DNA of 64,000 nucleotides from an uncultured Gammaproteobacteria bacterium (GCA_964648865.1 CAZYLV010000002.1:79272-143271), one strand, 5' to 3'. Positions 1 to 9,409 are shown, counted from the first letter of the stretch. Made by a program: numbers and translations. Notes: generated from the letters alone by a model not told the origin.

Positions 1-62
1 CGCAGCAGCGCCCCGGCGAGGATGAGCGCGATGCCTGCGGGCGCGAAGCCGGCGGTCGTCAT
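1..62 (-). CDS. N-terminal fragment of a probable membrane protein running off the window edge (MTTAGFAPAGIALILAGALL...)
   Basis: ATG at 62 on minus strand, hydrophobic N-terminus, TACACT -10-like hexamer at 78-73, divergent from neuA. Confidence 0.4.
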   Translation of the reverse strand, partial: MTTAGFAPAGIALILAGALL

Positions 63-110
63 AGTCCGACGGAGTGTACCGCGTGCGGCACGGCGGGCCA
101 AGCGCGGCCG

Positions 111-139
111 TTGACCGGCCGGTGCGGCGCTGCTAGATT
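111..139 (+). promoter_or_regulatory. sigma70-type promoter of neuA (TTGACC-17-TAGATT, extended TG); likely leaderless mRNA
   Basis: -35/-10 hexamers 17 bp apart; ATG 6 nt after -10. Confidence 0.6.
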
Positions 140-145
140 CCGCCC

Positions 146-868
146 ATGCGGGTGCTCGCGATCATCCAGGCGCGCGGCGGCTCCAAAGGCATCCCGGGCA
201 AGAACCTCCGGCCGCTTTGTGGCAAGCCGCTCATCGCCTGGACCATCGCGGCGGCCAAGGCGGCGCGGCGCGTGGAGCGCGTCGTGGTCAGTACCGATGA
301 CGAGGCCATCGCCGCGGTCGCCAAGGAACACGGCGCCGAGGTGCCCTTCCTGCGCCCGGCGGCATTCGCCATGGACACCGCCCCGTCGCTCCCCCTGTAC
401 GGGCACGCGCTCGGCTGGTTCGCCGAGCATGAGGGCTACCGCCCGGACGCCGTGGTCCAGCTCAAGCCGACCAACCCGTTGCGCACCGCGGACCAGATCG
501 ACGCCGGCGTCGCGCTGTTCTTCTCCGCGCCGCCGTGCGACGCCGTGATGTCGGTCCATGAGACGCACGACCACCCCTACAAGATCTGGAAACCGGTCGG
601 CGGCGGCTTCATGGAACCGTTCCTGTCCGCCGAGCGGACCGGCATGCGCGACGCCGCGCGCACGCGCCGGCAGGACCTGCCCACGGCCTGGCGCCATGAC
701 GGCGCGGTCAACGTCATCGCCCCGGCCACGATCCTCGAGAAGGGATCCATGAACGGCGAGCGCGTCAAGGCGCTGGTCATCGACGAGGACAGCGCGCTCA
801 ACATCGACACCCTGCGCGACTTCGCGCTGGCGGAGCTGCTCCTGAAGGGGCGTACCGCGGTCGGTTGA
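146..868 (+). CDS. neuA: acylneuraminate cytidylyltransferase (CMP-nonulosonic acid synthetase)
   Basis: N-terminal ARGGSKGIPGKN motif, VSTDD, LKPTNPLR, C-terminal NIDT. Confidence 0.9.
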   Translation: MRVLAIIQARGGSKGIPGKNLRPLCGKPLIAWTIAAAKAARRVERVVVSTDDEAIAAVAKEHGAEVPFLRPAAFAMDTAPSLPLYGHALGWFAEHEGYRPDAVVQLKPTNPLRTADQIDAGVALFFSAPPCDAVMSVHETHDHPYKIWKPVGGGFMEPFLSAERTGMRDAARTRRQDLPTAWRHDGAVNVIAPATILEKGSMNGERVKALVIDEDSALNIDTLRDFALAELLLKGRTAVG

Positions 869-958
869 CGCCGCAAACCCGGCAAACGTAGGATGTATCC
901 GCCTGGAGGGGGGCGGGGAACGCCCCATTTTCATACACGAACCGAAGACGCCCGCGCT

Positions 959-2491
959 ATGGCTGAGCATGGCCTCGGGGAAAAGTTCCCGTTCGAGAAC
1001 CTGGTCATCTTCGAGATGGCCAACAACCATCAGGGTGACGTCGCCCATGGCAAGCGCATCATCGCCGAGATGGCCGCGCTCGCCGCCGCCCATCGCGTGC
1101 GGGCCGCCGTCAAGTTCCAGTTCCGCGACCTGGACACCTTCGTCCATCCCAGCCACCGCGAGAAGACGGACAACAAGCACGTGCCGCGGTTCCTCTCCAC
1201 CCGGCTCACCGAGGCGCAGTTCGCCGAGATGGTGGCCGAGGTCCGGGCGCATGGCCTGGTCGCCATGTCGACCCCCTTCGACGAGCGTTCCGTGGACCTC
1301 ATCGAGCGCTTCGGGCTCGACGTGATCAAGATCGGCAGCTGCTCGGCCACCGATTGGCCGCTCCTCGAACGCGTGGCCGAGGCGGGCAAGCCGGTCATCT
1401 GCTCGACCGCGGGTCTCGAGATCTCCGAGGTCGACCGGCTGGTGTCCTTCTTCCGGCACCGCGGCGTGCACTTCGCGCTCATGCACTGCGTTGGCATGTA
1501 CCCGACGCCGCCGGAGAAGATGGATCTGGTCCGGATCGCCACCTTCCGCAGCCGCTACCCCGGCGTGGTCGTCGGCTACTCCACGCACGAGGATCCGTCG
1601 GACCACGTCTCCGTGGGCATGGCCTACGGGATCGGCGCGCGCATCTTCGAGAAGCATGTCGGCGTGCCGACGGAGAACATCAAGCTCAACGCCTACTCCG
1701 CGTCGCCCGAGCAGGTGGATGCCTGGCTGCGCTCGTACGTGCGTGCGACCCAGGCGGTGCGTGCCGACCTGCCGCCGCGTGACGCCGAGGAAGTGCGCCA
1801 ACTCAAGGCGCTGATGCGCGGCGTGTTCGCCAAGCGGGCCATCCGTGCCGGCGAGACGGTGACGCGCGAGGACGTCTACTTCGCTTTCCCCTTCGCCGAG
1901 GGCGGCATCCCGAGCGGCGAGTTCAAGCCCGGCGTGGTCGCCGACCGCGACTATGCGCCGGACGAGGCCATCGGCTTCGGCGCCAAGTCGGCCGAGGACC
2001 GCAAGCGGCGCGCCACCTACGACGCCATCCACGCCATCAAGGGCATGCTCGCCGAGGCCAAGGTCGCCGTCGGCCTGGACTTCAACGTCGAGCTCTCGCA
2101 CCACTACGGCATCGAGAACTTCTCCAAGGTCGGCGTGACCATCATCGACTGCATCAACCGCGAGTACTGCAAGAAGATCCTGGTCCAGCTCCCGGGCCAG
2201 CGTCACCCCGCGCACTACCATAAGAAGAAAGAGGAGACGTTCCAGCTGCTCTCCGGCACGCTCGAGATCGAGATGGAGGGCCGGCGCAAGACGCTCTACC
2301 CGGGCGACATCGCCGTGGTCCCGCGCGGCGTCTGGCATCGCTTCTGGACCGACACCGGCGCGGTGTTCGAGGAGGTCTCGACCACCCATTTCAACGACGA
2401 TTCCTTCTACGAGGACCGGCAGATCGCGCGGATGCCGCGCGAGGCCCGCAAGACCCGGCTCACCAATTGGGGGCGGCACCAGTTCGATTGA
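959..2491 (+). CDS. NeuB-family nonulosonate synthase with SAF domain and C-terminal cupin (D-lyxose isomerase-like) domain
   Basis: EMANNHQG, KFQ, STPFD, KIGS, HCVGMYPT, GYSTHE, EKH motifs; SAF-like RGVFAKRAIRAGE; cupin YCKK...HPAHYHKKKEETF...PRGVWHRF. Confidence 0.88.
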   Translation: MAEHGLGEKFPFENLVIFEMANNHQGDVAHGKRIIAEMAALAAAHRVRAAVKFQFRDLDTFVHPSHREKTDNKHVPRFLSTRLTEAQFAEMVAEVRAHGLVAMSTPFDERSVDLIERFGLDVIKIGSCSATDWPLLERVAEAGKPVICSTAGLEISEVDRLVSFFRHRGVHFALMHCVGMYPTPPEKMDLVRIATFRSRYPGVVVGYSTHEDPSDHVSVGMAYGIGARIFEKHVGVPTENIKLNAYSASPEQVDAWLRSYVRATQAVRADLPPRDAEEVRQLKALMRGVFAKRAIRAGETVTREDVYFAFPFAEGGIPSGEFKPGVVADRDYAPDEAIGFGAKSAEDRKRRATYDAIHAIKGMLAEAKVAVGLDFNVELSHHYGIENFSKVGVTIIDCINREYCKKILVQLPGQRHPAHYHKKKEETFQLLSGTLEIEMEGRRKTLYPGDIAVVPRGVWHRFWTDTGAVFEEVSTTHFNDDSFYEDRQIARMPREARKTRLTNWGRHQFD

Positions 2492-2509
2492 CCATCTCTC
2501 GTGAAGCGT

Positions 2510-3601
2510 ATGGCGTACAGGGTGAAGATCATCGGCGCGGGCTCGGTGGGTAACCACCACGCCAACGCTTGCCGCACCGTCGGCTGGGACGTCACGGTCG
2601 TGGACGCGAGTCCTGACGCGCTCACGCGGATGCGCGAGGAGATCTATCCCAAGCGATACGGCGCATGGGACGAGGCGATCGTGCTGGCATCGCCGGCCGA
2701 AGCGGCCAAAGGGTTCGATGTGGTCATCATCGGCACGCCGCCGGACACGCACCTGCCCATCGCCACCGCGATTCTGCGGGAGGAGGCGCCGCGCGTCCTG
2801 CTCATCGAGAAGCCGCTCTGCTCGCCGACCCTCGAGGGCCTGGACGAGTTCCTCGCCGAGGCCCGGAAGCGTCCGGAGACCGCGATCCTTGTCGGCTACA
2901 ACCATATCCTCGCGCAGAACACGCTCCAGGCCGAAGAGATCGTCCGCGCCGGCGCGTTCTCCGATCCGCAGGCCTTGGATTGCGAGTTCCGCAGCAACTG
3001 GACGAACATCCTGAAGGCCCATCCCTGGCTCGCGGGGCCGGCGGACACGTACCTCGGATTCTGGAAGCGCGGCGGCGGGGCCGGCGGGGAGCATTCGCAC
3101 GGGCTCAACCTGTGGCAGCATTTCGCGCACGTCGTCGACGCCGGCCGGGTGACCGAGGTCGACGCCATGATGGAGTACGTCACCGACGGCGGCGCCGATT
3201 ACGACCGCTCCTGTTTCCTGAACCTGGTCACCGAGAAGGGGCTGGTCGGGCGCCTGGCCCAGGACGTCATCACGCAGCCCAAGCGCAAGTTCCTGGACAT
3301 CCATTTCGGCGACGGCACGCTGGGTTGGCGGAACGACGTCACCAAGACCACCGACGAGGTGCACGTGCAGAAGCATGGCGCCGACGCCGAGACCATCACC
3401 ATCGAGAAGACGCGGCCGGAGGAGTTCGGCCGCGAGACCGAGCATGTCCGGAAGATCCTGGACGGCGAGCTGTCGATCGGCGAGTCCCCGATCCGGCTGG
3501 AACGCGGCGTCGACACCATGTTGGTGTTGGCCGCGGCGCACCGCTCGCATGCCGAGCGGCGGCGCGTCGGCATCGATTACGTCAACCACAAGACCGTCTG
3601 A
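2510..3601 (+). CDS. Gfo/Idh/MocA family NAD(P)-dependent oxidoreductase
   Basis: IGAGSVG Rossmann motif, IGTPPDTH, LIEKP, GGG..EHSH. Confidence 0.85.
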   Translation: MAYRVKIIGAGSVGNHHANACRTVGWDVTVVDASPDALTRMREEIYPKRYGAWDEAIVLASPAEAAKGFDVVIIGTPPDTHLPIATAILREEAPRVLLIEKPLCSPTLEGLDEFLAEARKRPETAILVGYNHILAQNTLQAEEIVRAGAFSDPQALDCEFRSNWTNILKAHPWLAGPADTYLGFWKRGGGAGGEHSHGLNLWQHFAHVVDAGRVTEVDAMMEYVTDGGADYDRSCFLNLVTEKGLVGRLAQDVITQPKRKFLDIHFGDGTLGWRNDVTKTTDEVHVQKHGADAETITIEKTRPEEFGRETEHVRKILDGELSIGESPIRLERGVDTMLVLAAAHRSHAERRRVGIDYVNHKTV

Positions 3602-3603
3602 CG

Positions 3604-4212
3604 ATGAAGACGACCGTCTATCTCGTCCGCCATGCGGAAAGCGAAGCCCGTACCCGCGGCATCGTCCAGGGTGCGGGTCTGCATATCCCGCTGACGGCCG
3701 AGGGCCGCGCCCAGGCCGAGCGGTTGGCGGAGCGTCTGCGCGAGGTGCGCATCGACCGCATGTACGCCTCCACCGCGCTTCGGGCGCGCGAGACCGCTGC
3801 GGCCATCAGGGGCGTCCATCCCGACGTGCCCTATGAGGAGCTCGCCGCGCTCGGCGAGCGCTCCAAAGGGGAGCTTGAAGGGATGGCGTACGCCGATGCC
3901 GCGGCGCGGTACCCGGAGATCCATGCCGCCTGGAACCGAGGCGAGGATCCGCGGCCGCCCGGCGGGGAGGATTTCGTCGACGTGCAGCGGCGGACCGCAC
4001 CGATCCTGGAGCGGCACGTGCGCGCGGCAGGGGAGGCGACGCTGCTGTACGTCATCCACGGCAATGTCATCCGGACGCTCCTCGGCCACATGCTCGGTGT
4101 CCCGGCCTCGGATTGCGCGCGCATCGCGCAGGACCACTGCGCCGTGAACATCGGCGTCTTCGACCACGGCCGCGGGTCGTGGCGGGTGGAGTGCGTCAAC
4201 CGTACGCCGTGA
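3604..4212 (+). CDS. histidine phosphatase (phosphoglycerate mutase) family protein
   Basis: LVRHAES (RHG-like) motif, S.ALRARETA, GE...G.LEG, VIHGNVIR. Confidence 0.88.
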   Translation: MKTTVYLVRHAESEARTRGIVQGAGLHIPLTAEGRAQAERLAERLREVRIDRMYASTALRARETAAAIRGVHPDVPYEELAALGERSKGELEGMAYADAAARYPEIHAAWNRGEDPRPPGGEDFVDVQRRTAPILERHVRAAGEATLLYVIHGNVIRTLLGHMLGVPASDCARIAQDHCAVNIGVFDHGRGSWRVECVNRTP

Positions 4213-4214
4213 GT

Positions 4215-5318
4215 ATGCGCAGCCACACGGTGCCGATCGCGCTCGTGCCCGCCGACCCGTCGATACGGCAAGCGGTGGCCGCCGCGCTGCGCGAGGGCTA
4301 CGGGATCCCGGCGGACGCGGACGGCATCCGGGCGTTCTCCGAGGAGACGGTCGGCAGCACCGTCTTCTTGGCGGAGACCGATCGGGGGCCGGTCGTCATC
4401 AAGCGCTACGTCCATGCGGACCGCCGCGCGCTCGAGATGTCATCGACGGTCTCGGAGGCGCTGCGGGAGCGCGGGGCGCCGCTCGCGCCGGTCTTCCGCA
4501 CCCGCTCCGAGGGTCACGTGCATCCGGACGGATCGGCCGCGGTCGTCGTCTCCGGGTTCGTCGATGGCGCCCACTTCGACGCCCGACCCGTGGAGTTCGC
4601 CGCTGCGGGGGAGGCGCTCGGCCGGTTCCACGCCGCCGGCGCCGCCTACCTGCGCGAGCGCCCCGAGGCCTGGACGGCGATCGCGGACGCCATCCCCGAA
4701 GACAAGCCCTACGGGGAGTCGGTGGGCCTCTATGCCGACGGTCTCCGGGAGGAGCTCCTCGCCGGACATGTCTGCGCCATCCCCGAGGTCTGCGAGGCGT
4801 TCCGCGCGGGCGTCGGCACCGTGGACGCGGCCGTCGCCCTCGTGGCGGCGTCGGGGCTGTGGGCGCCGGAGAGGACGCGCGGCATCCTCCACAACGACTG
4901 CCACGCCAATAACATGCTCTTCGCACCGGACGGCGCGCTGCGCGCGGCGCTCGACGTCGACCAGATGGGCATCGGCCCGTTCGCGGCCGACCTCGGCAAC
5001 ACCATCGCCTCGCTGTCCTCGAACGTCGCGACGCGCGGCAGGGAACAGGAGGTCGAACCCGGGGCCCGCGCCTTCCTGCGCGCGTACCATCGCGCCTTCC
5101 CTTTGCCGACCGAAGAATACCTGCGTGTCCTTGCCGGGACGCAGGCCTGGGACGTCCGGCGCGTGCTGCGCCGGCTCCGGGAGCACCGCGACGGTCGGGA
5201 GGTCCCGCCCGTGCTCTTGCGCAAGGTCGTGGAGCGTTTCCTGCCGCGGCTATCGCGGACGCCCGCGCTGTTCGCGTTCCTCACGGAGGGGTGGGTCCGC
5301 GAGACCCTGGCGCCTTGA
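4215..5318 (+). CDS. APH / type II homoserine kinase-like phosphotransferase
   Basis: VIKRY, LGRFH, HNDCHANNMLF catalytic loop, ALDVD metal-binding motif. Confidence 0.75.
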   Translation: MRSHTVPIALVPADPSIRQAVAAALREGYGIPADADGIRAFSEETVGSTVFLAETDRGPVVIKRYVHADRRALEMSSTVSEALRERGAPLAPVFRTRSEGHVHPDGSAAVVVSGFVDGAHFDARPVEFAAAGEALGRFHAAGAAYLRERPEAWTAIADAIPEDKPYGESVGLYADGLREELLAGHVCAIPEVCEAFRAGVGTVDAAVALVAASGLWAPERTRGILHNDCHANNMLFAPDGALRAALDVDQMGIGPFAADLGNTIASLSSNVATRGREQEVEPGARAFLRAYHRAFPLPTEEYLRVLAGTQAWDVRRVLRRLREHRDGREVPPVLLRKVVERFLPRLSRTPALFAFLTEGWVRETLAP

Positions 5319-5367
5319 CGGCGCGTCGTGCGGCCGCTATCCTCAAGCCACTTTCCGCATCTCCGCT

Positions 5368-6171
5368 ATGCAGATCCGTTCGATCGGCATCATGGGCACC
5401 GGGATGGTCGGCGGCGCGGTCCGCCGCTATTACGAATCCCGGGGCGTCACGCCGTTCGTCTACGACAAGGGCAAGAACGAGGGGTCCGTCGCCGAGGTCA
5501 ACCGGGCTGACGTCGTCTTCATCTGCGTCCCCACGCCCTACGACGAGGCCAAGGGCGGCTTCGACCTCTCCTACGTCAAGGAAGCCATCGGCAACCTGGC
5601 GGGGGAGAAGACGGTGGTCCTCAAGTCGACCATCATGCCGGGTTCGACGGAAGCGCTCCAGAAGGAGTTCCCGCAGCACCGGATCATGTACAACCCGGAG
5701 TTCCTCACGGAGATGACCGCCGATCAGGACATGGCCTTCCCGGACCGCCAGATCCTCGGCGTCACCGATCGCAGCTTCACCGGCGCGGCCGACGTCATGG
5801 CCATGCTGCCGCTCGCTCCGTATGAGCGCATCATGCCGGCCACGTCCGCGGAGATGGTCAAGTATTTCGGCAACACCTGGTTCTCCACCAAGGTGGCCTT
5901 CGCCAACCAGATGTACGACCTCTGCCAGAAACTGGGCGTGGAGTACGACCAGGTCCGCGACGGCGTCGCCGCCGACAAGCGCATCGGCCGCACCCACCTC
6001 GAGATCTTCCACAAGGGCTACCGCGGCTACGGCGGCAAGTGCCTGCCCAAGGATACGCGCGCCCTCATCCAGCTCGGCGACCGCGTCGGCTCCGAGATGC
6101 GTCTCCTCAAGCTCGTCGAGGAGCTGAACGCCGAGATCCACCGCCTCCAGGGGCTCGAACCGCCGAAGTGA
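5368..6171 (+). CDS. short UDP-glucose/GDP-mannose dehydrogenase family protein
   Basis: GTGMVG, ICVPTP, KST..PG, NPEFL, AEMVKY, GYGGKCLPKD; lacks C-terminal UDP-binding domain. Confidence 0.85.
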   Translation: MQIRSIGIMGTGMVGGAVRRYYESRGVTPFVYDKGKNEGSVAEVNRADVVFICVPTPYDEAKGGFDLSYVKEAIGNLAGEKTVVLKSTIMPGSTEALQKEFPQHRIMYNPEFLTEMTADQDMAFPDRQILGVTDRSFTGAADVMAMLPLAPYERIMPATSAEMVKYFGNTWFSTKVAFANQMYDLCQKLGVEYDQVRDGVAADKRIGRTHLEIFHKGYRGYGGKCLPKDTRALIQLGDRVGSEMRLLKLVEELNAEIHRLQGLEPPK

Positions 6172-6173
6172 CC

Positions 6174-7121
6174 ATGGGTCCCGTCGTCGTCACCGGCGCC
6201 GCCGGTTTCATCGGCTCGCATGTCGTGCGCGCGCTCCTCGACCGCGGGGAGCGCGTCTTCGGCATCGACAACTTCGACGCCTACTACGATCCCGCGATCA
6301 AGCGCGCCAACGCCGCAGCGCTGGCCCATCCGTCCTTCACGATGGTCGAGGCCGACATCCGCGACGCCGCCGTCATGCGCTCGGCGTTCGCCGACGCCGG
6401 GCCGCACCGGCTCATCCATCTGGCCGGCCGCGGCGGGGTGATGCCGTCGCTGCGCGATCCGTCCCTCTATTTCGACCTCAACCTGATGGGGACCGTGCAG
6501 GTCTGCGAGGCGGCCCGTGCCGCCGGCTGCACGCATGCCGTGGTGGCCTCGAGCTCCACGGTCTATGGCGTGCGCACCGACGGCACGCCGTTCCGCGAGG
6601 ACGAACCTCTCGGTGCGGCGCTCTCGCCCTACGGCGCGTCCAAGCAGGCCATGGAGCGGTACATCGAGGAATTCTCCGGCCGTGCGGGCGTCCCCGCCAC
6701 CGCGCTGCGCTTCTTCTCCGTCTACGGCCCGGGGCAGCGGCCGGACATGGCCGTCCATACCTTCGTGCGGAAGATGCTCGCCGGCGAGACCATCACCGCC
6801 TACGGCGACGGCTCCGCGACGCGCGACCACACCTACGTCGCTGACGTCGTCCAGGGGGTGCTGGCCGCGCTCGACCGCCCGCAGGGGTACCGCGTCTACA
6901 ACCTCGGGGAATCGCGGACCGTGGCGTTGCGCGACCTGCTCGCCGCCATCGAGGCGACGCTCGGCGTCACGGCACATGTCGTCTGGGAGCCGGCGCGCGC
7001 CGGGGAGATGCCGGCGACGTTCGCCGACATCAGCCGCGCCCGCACCGAACTCGGTTACGACCCGACGTTCCCGCTGGAACGTGGGCTCGAGGAGTTCGTG
7101 CGTTGGTACTGCATGCGCTGA
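6174..7121 (+). CDS. NAD-dependent epimerase/dehydratase (UDP-glucuronate 4-epimerase-like)
   Basis: TGAAGFIG, IDNFDAYY, ASSSTVYG, YGASK, RFFSVYGPGQRPDMA. Confidence 0.88.
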   Translation: MGPVVVTGAAGFIGSHVVRALLDRGERVFGIDNFDAYYDPAIKRANAAALAHPSFTMVEADIRDAAVMRSAFADAGPHRLIHLAGRGGVMPSLRDPSLYFDLNLMGTVQVCEAARAAGCTHAVVASSSTVYGVRTDGTPFREDEPLGAALSPYGASKQAMERYIEEFSGRAGVPATALRFFSVYGPGQRPDMAVHTFVRKMLAGETITAYGDGSATRDHTYVADVVQGVLAALDRPQGYRVYNLGESRTVALRDLLAAIEATLGVTAHVVWEPARAGEMPATFADISRARTELGYDPTFPLERGLEEFVRWYCMR

Positions 7122-7134
7122 CACGCGCAGGACG

Positions 7135-7163
7135 GGGACGGGTTGACGCGCCCGTCCCTTTTT
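7135..7163 (+). terminator. intrinsic terminator whose loop contains a TTGACG -35 hexamer
   Basis: GGGACGGG-ttgacgcg-CCCGTCCC followed by TTTTT. Confidence 0.65.
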
Positions 7164-7193
7164 GATACACACGCGGCACGACAGGAGGCGAAC

Positions 7194-7994
7194 GTGGATA
7201 CGAAGCGGCAGATGTTGGAGGCGGCCCTTGCGGATGCGCGAGCCACGCGGGAGCGGCGGTTCACACGCTACTACGGGCTCTTGGTGAGGCTGCCCTGGGG
7301 CAAGGGAAGCGTCGCTGAAGGGACGCACGAGATCGTCGATGACGACGGGGAGATGGTGGCGCTCGAGGAGGAGTCCATGCGTCGCTGCCACGAGCGCGGG
7401 GAGGACCCCAATGACGGTCGCGTCGGCGTCGTCTTCGAGGATCCGGTCGGCGCCGTCGTGGCGCACCCGATCCGCACCGCGGACGGCAGGCGGCGCACCT
7501 GGAAGGCCGTCTACTGGTGGAACGGGGTGGTGGGCAAGACCGTCAACCTCGTTCCGCACACCGACGACGGACGCGTGATGCTCGTCCCGGCCTGGCGCGG
7601 CCCGGTGGTCTGCCGCTGGGAGCTGGAGTTCCCGGGCGGCGGCGACATCCACGCCAAGCAGGAGGAGCAGGCGGTGCGCACCGAGTTGTTCGAGGAGTGC
7701 GGGTACGAGGTCCTCTCGTGCCGGCGTCTCGGCGGCGAGGAGCTCTTCATCGTCGACCCGTCGACGAACGGTACGCCGCAGTCGGTGTGGGCGGTGCGCC
7801 TCGGCGAGAAGGTCGGGCAGCGGCCGGAGGACGGCGAGATCTTCCGCGAACCGGTGCTGCTCGACCGGCAGGAGCTCGTCGACGCCCTGCAGTGCGGCTA
7901 CCACACGCTGGCCCACGGGCGCCGGTACGCGGTGCTCAACGGGCGCAACGGCATCTGCGCGGCCATGGCCTTCGCCTACGGCCTGGTGCGCTGA
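7194..7994 (+). CDS. NUDIX hydrolase-like protein with N-terminal extension (ADP-ribose pyrophosphatase-like)
   Basis: Degenerate Nudix box WELEFPGGG...AVRTELFEECGY; AGGAGG SD before GTG 7194. Confidence 0.65.
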   Translation: MDTKRQMLEAALADARATRERRFTRYYGLLVRLPWGKGSVAEGTHEIVDDDGEMVALEEESMRRCHERGEDPNDGRVGVVFEDPVGAVVAHPIRTADGRRRTWKAVYWWNGVVGKTVNLVPHTDDGRVMLVPAWRGPVVCRWELEFPGGGDIHAKQEEQAVRTELFEECGYEVLSCRRLGGEELFIVDPSTNGTPQSVWAVRLGEKVGQRPEDGEIFREPVLLDRQELVDALQCGYHTLAHGRRYAVLNGRNGICAAMAFAYGLVR

Positions 7995-8002
7995 CGCACG
8001 GC

Positions 8003-8027
8003 AGCGGTCCCCCTGGGACCGCTTTTT
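8003..8027 (+). terminator. intrinsic terminator after NUDIX-like gene
   Basis: AGCGGTCCC-cct-GGGACCGCT-TTTT. Confidence 0.7.
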
Positions 8028-9409
8028 CATTGCCCCTTGGCGCGGACGATGATGTTGAGCGTCCGCAGCAGGATGAAGAGGTCGAGCGGCACGCCTCGAT
8101 GCTTGACGTAGTAGAGGTCGTACTGGAGCTTCTTGAGGTTCTGCGCGATGGTGTTGGCGTAGGGGAACTCGATCTGCGCCCAGCCGGTGAGCCCGGGCCG
8201 CACCAGGTGGCGCATGGCGTAGAACGGCATCTCGCGCTCCAGCTCGGCCACGAACTCCGGCCGCTCCGGCCGCGGGCCGACGAAGCTCATCTCGCCCTTG
8301 AACACGTTCCAAAGCTGCGGCAGCTCGTCCACCCGCGTGGCCCGCAGCAGACGCCCGAGCGGGGTGACGCGCGGGTCGCCCTTCTCGGCGAAGCGCGCGC
8401 CGTCCTTCTCGGCATCGCGCACCATGGTGCGGAGTTTCCACATGCGGAACCCCTTGCCGCCACGGCCCACCCGGACCTGCGAGAAGAAGACCGGCCGTCC
8501 CTGCGTCAGGAGCATCGCCAGCAGCACGATCGGGAGCAGGACGACGCAGAGCGCCAGGCCGACGAGGGCCAAACCGACGTCAAGCGCGCGCTTGAAGAGG
8601 TCTCCGGCGTGCTTCTCGGCCTCGCGCAGGTTCTCCAGGAACCAGGCATGCGTGATGGCGGCCACCGGGACGCGGCGCGTGATGGTCTCGGAAAAGGACA
8701 CGGCGTCGACGAAGCGCACGCCCAAGAAGACGCTCTCGTAGAGCTGGCGGGCGAGCTCCGGCGACTGCCGCGGCGAGGCGCCGAGCACGACCGTGTCGGC
8801 GCGGCTCTCGCGCACGCGGCGCGCGAAGTCGGCGAACCCGCGCACCGTGAGCGGCGGCGGGTCTTCCGGCAACCAGGTGCCGCCTTCCGGCAGGATGATG
8901 CCGGCCACGTCGTAGCCGAGCGCGGGATTCGCGCGCAGTGCGGGCAGCAGCTCGCGCACCTCGTCGCTGTCGCCGACGAAGAGCACGCGCTGGCGCAGCA
9001 GCACGCCGCCGAACAGCGCGTTATAGGCCGCGCGCCAGGACGGGAAGAGCAGGGCGAAGGTCGCCAAGTGCAGGAGGAGCGTCGTCTTGGGGGCGATGCC
9101 CACGAACGGCGTGAGGTAGAAGAAGCCGATGGCCAAGAGCGCGGCCACGGCCAACGACGCGAAGAACGTGCCGAAGAACCGCAGCGTGTTGCGCGCCGCG
9201 CGCAGGTCGTACAGGCCGTTGGCAGCGAAGGTCAGCAGCCACAGCGCGAAGACCGCGGAATAGGGGATGACGTGCTCCCCGAAGTCGGGCCGCACCCCCG
9301 CGGCCCCGAGGCCGCGCAGGGACACGGCGATCCAGAGCGACGCGTACAGGACAAGCGCGTCGCCCCCCAGGAGAATGGCCCGTTTCAGCTTGACGGCGCG
9401 CGTTTCCAC
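8027..9409 (-). CDS. polyprenyl glycosylphosphotransferase (initiating sugar transferase, WcaJ/WbaP-like)
   Basis: N-terminal TM helices; KRALD, KLRTM, DPRVT..GR.LR.TRVDELPQLWNV.KGEMSFVGPRPE, RPGLTGWAQ; GTG start uncertain. Confidence 0.9.
   Translation of the reverse strand: METRAVKLKRAILLGGDALVLYASLWIAVSLRGLGAAGVRPDFGEHVIPYSAVFALWLLTFAANGLYDLRAARNTLRFFGTFFASLAVAALLAIGFFYLTPFVGIAPKTTLLLHLATFALLFPSWRAAYNALFGGVLLRQRVLFVGDSDEVRELLPALRANPALGYDVAGIILPEGGTWLPEDPPPLTVRGFADFARRVRESRADTVVLGASPRQSPELARQLYESVFLGVRFVDAVSFSETITRRVPVAAITHAWFLENLREAEKHAGDLFKRALDVGLALVGLALCVVLLPIVLLAMLLTQGRPVFFSQVRVGRGGKGFRMWKLRTMVRDAEKDGARFAEKGDPRVTPLGRLLRATRVDELPQLWNVFKGEMSFVGPRPERPEFVAELEREMPFYAMRHLVRPGLTGWAQIEFPYANTIAQNLKKLQYDLYYVKHRGVPLDLFILLRTLNIIVRAKGQ

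Noticed and set aside
59-3589. 1176-aa minus-strand ORF
   Set aside because: Antisense shadow of the neuA/neuB/oxidoreductase genes caused by high GC3; no recognisable motifs
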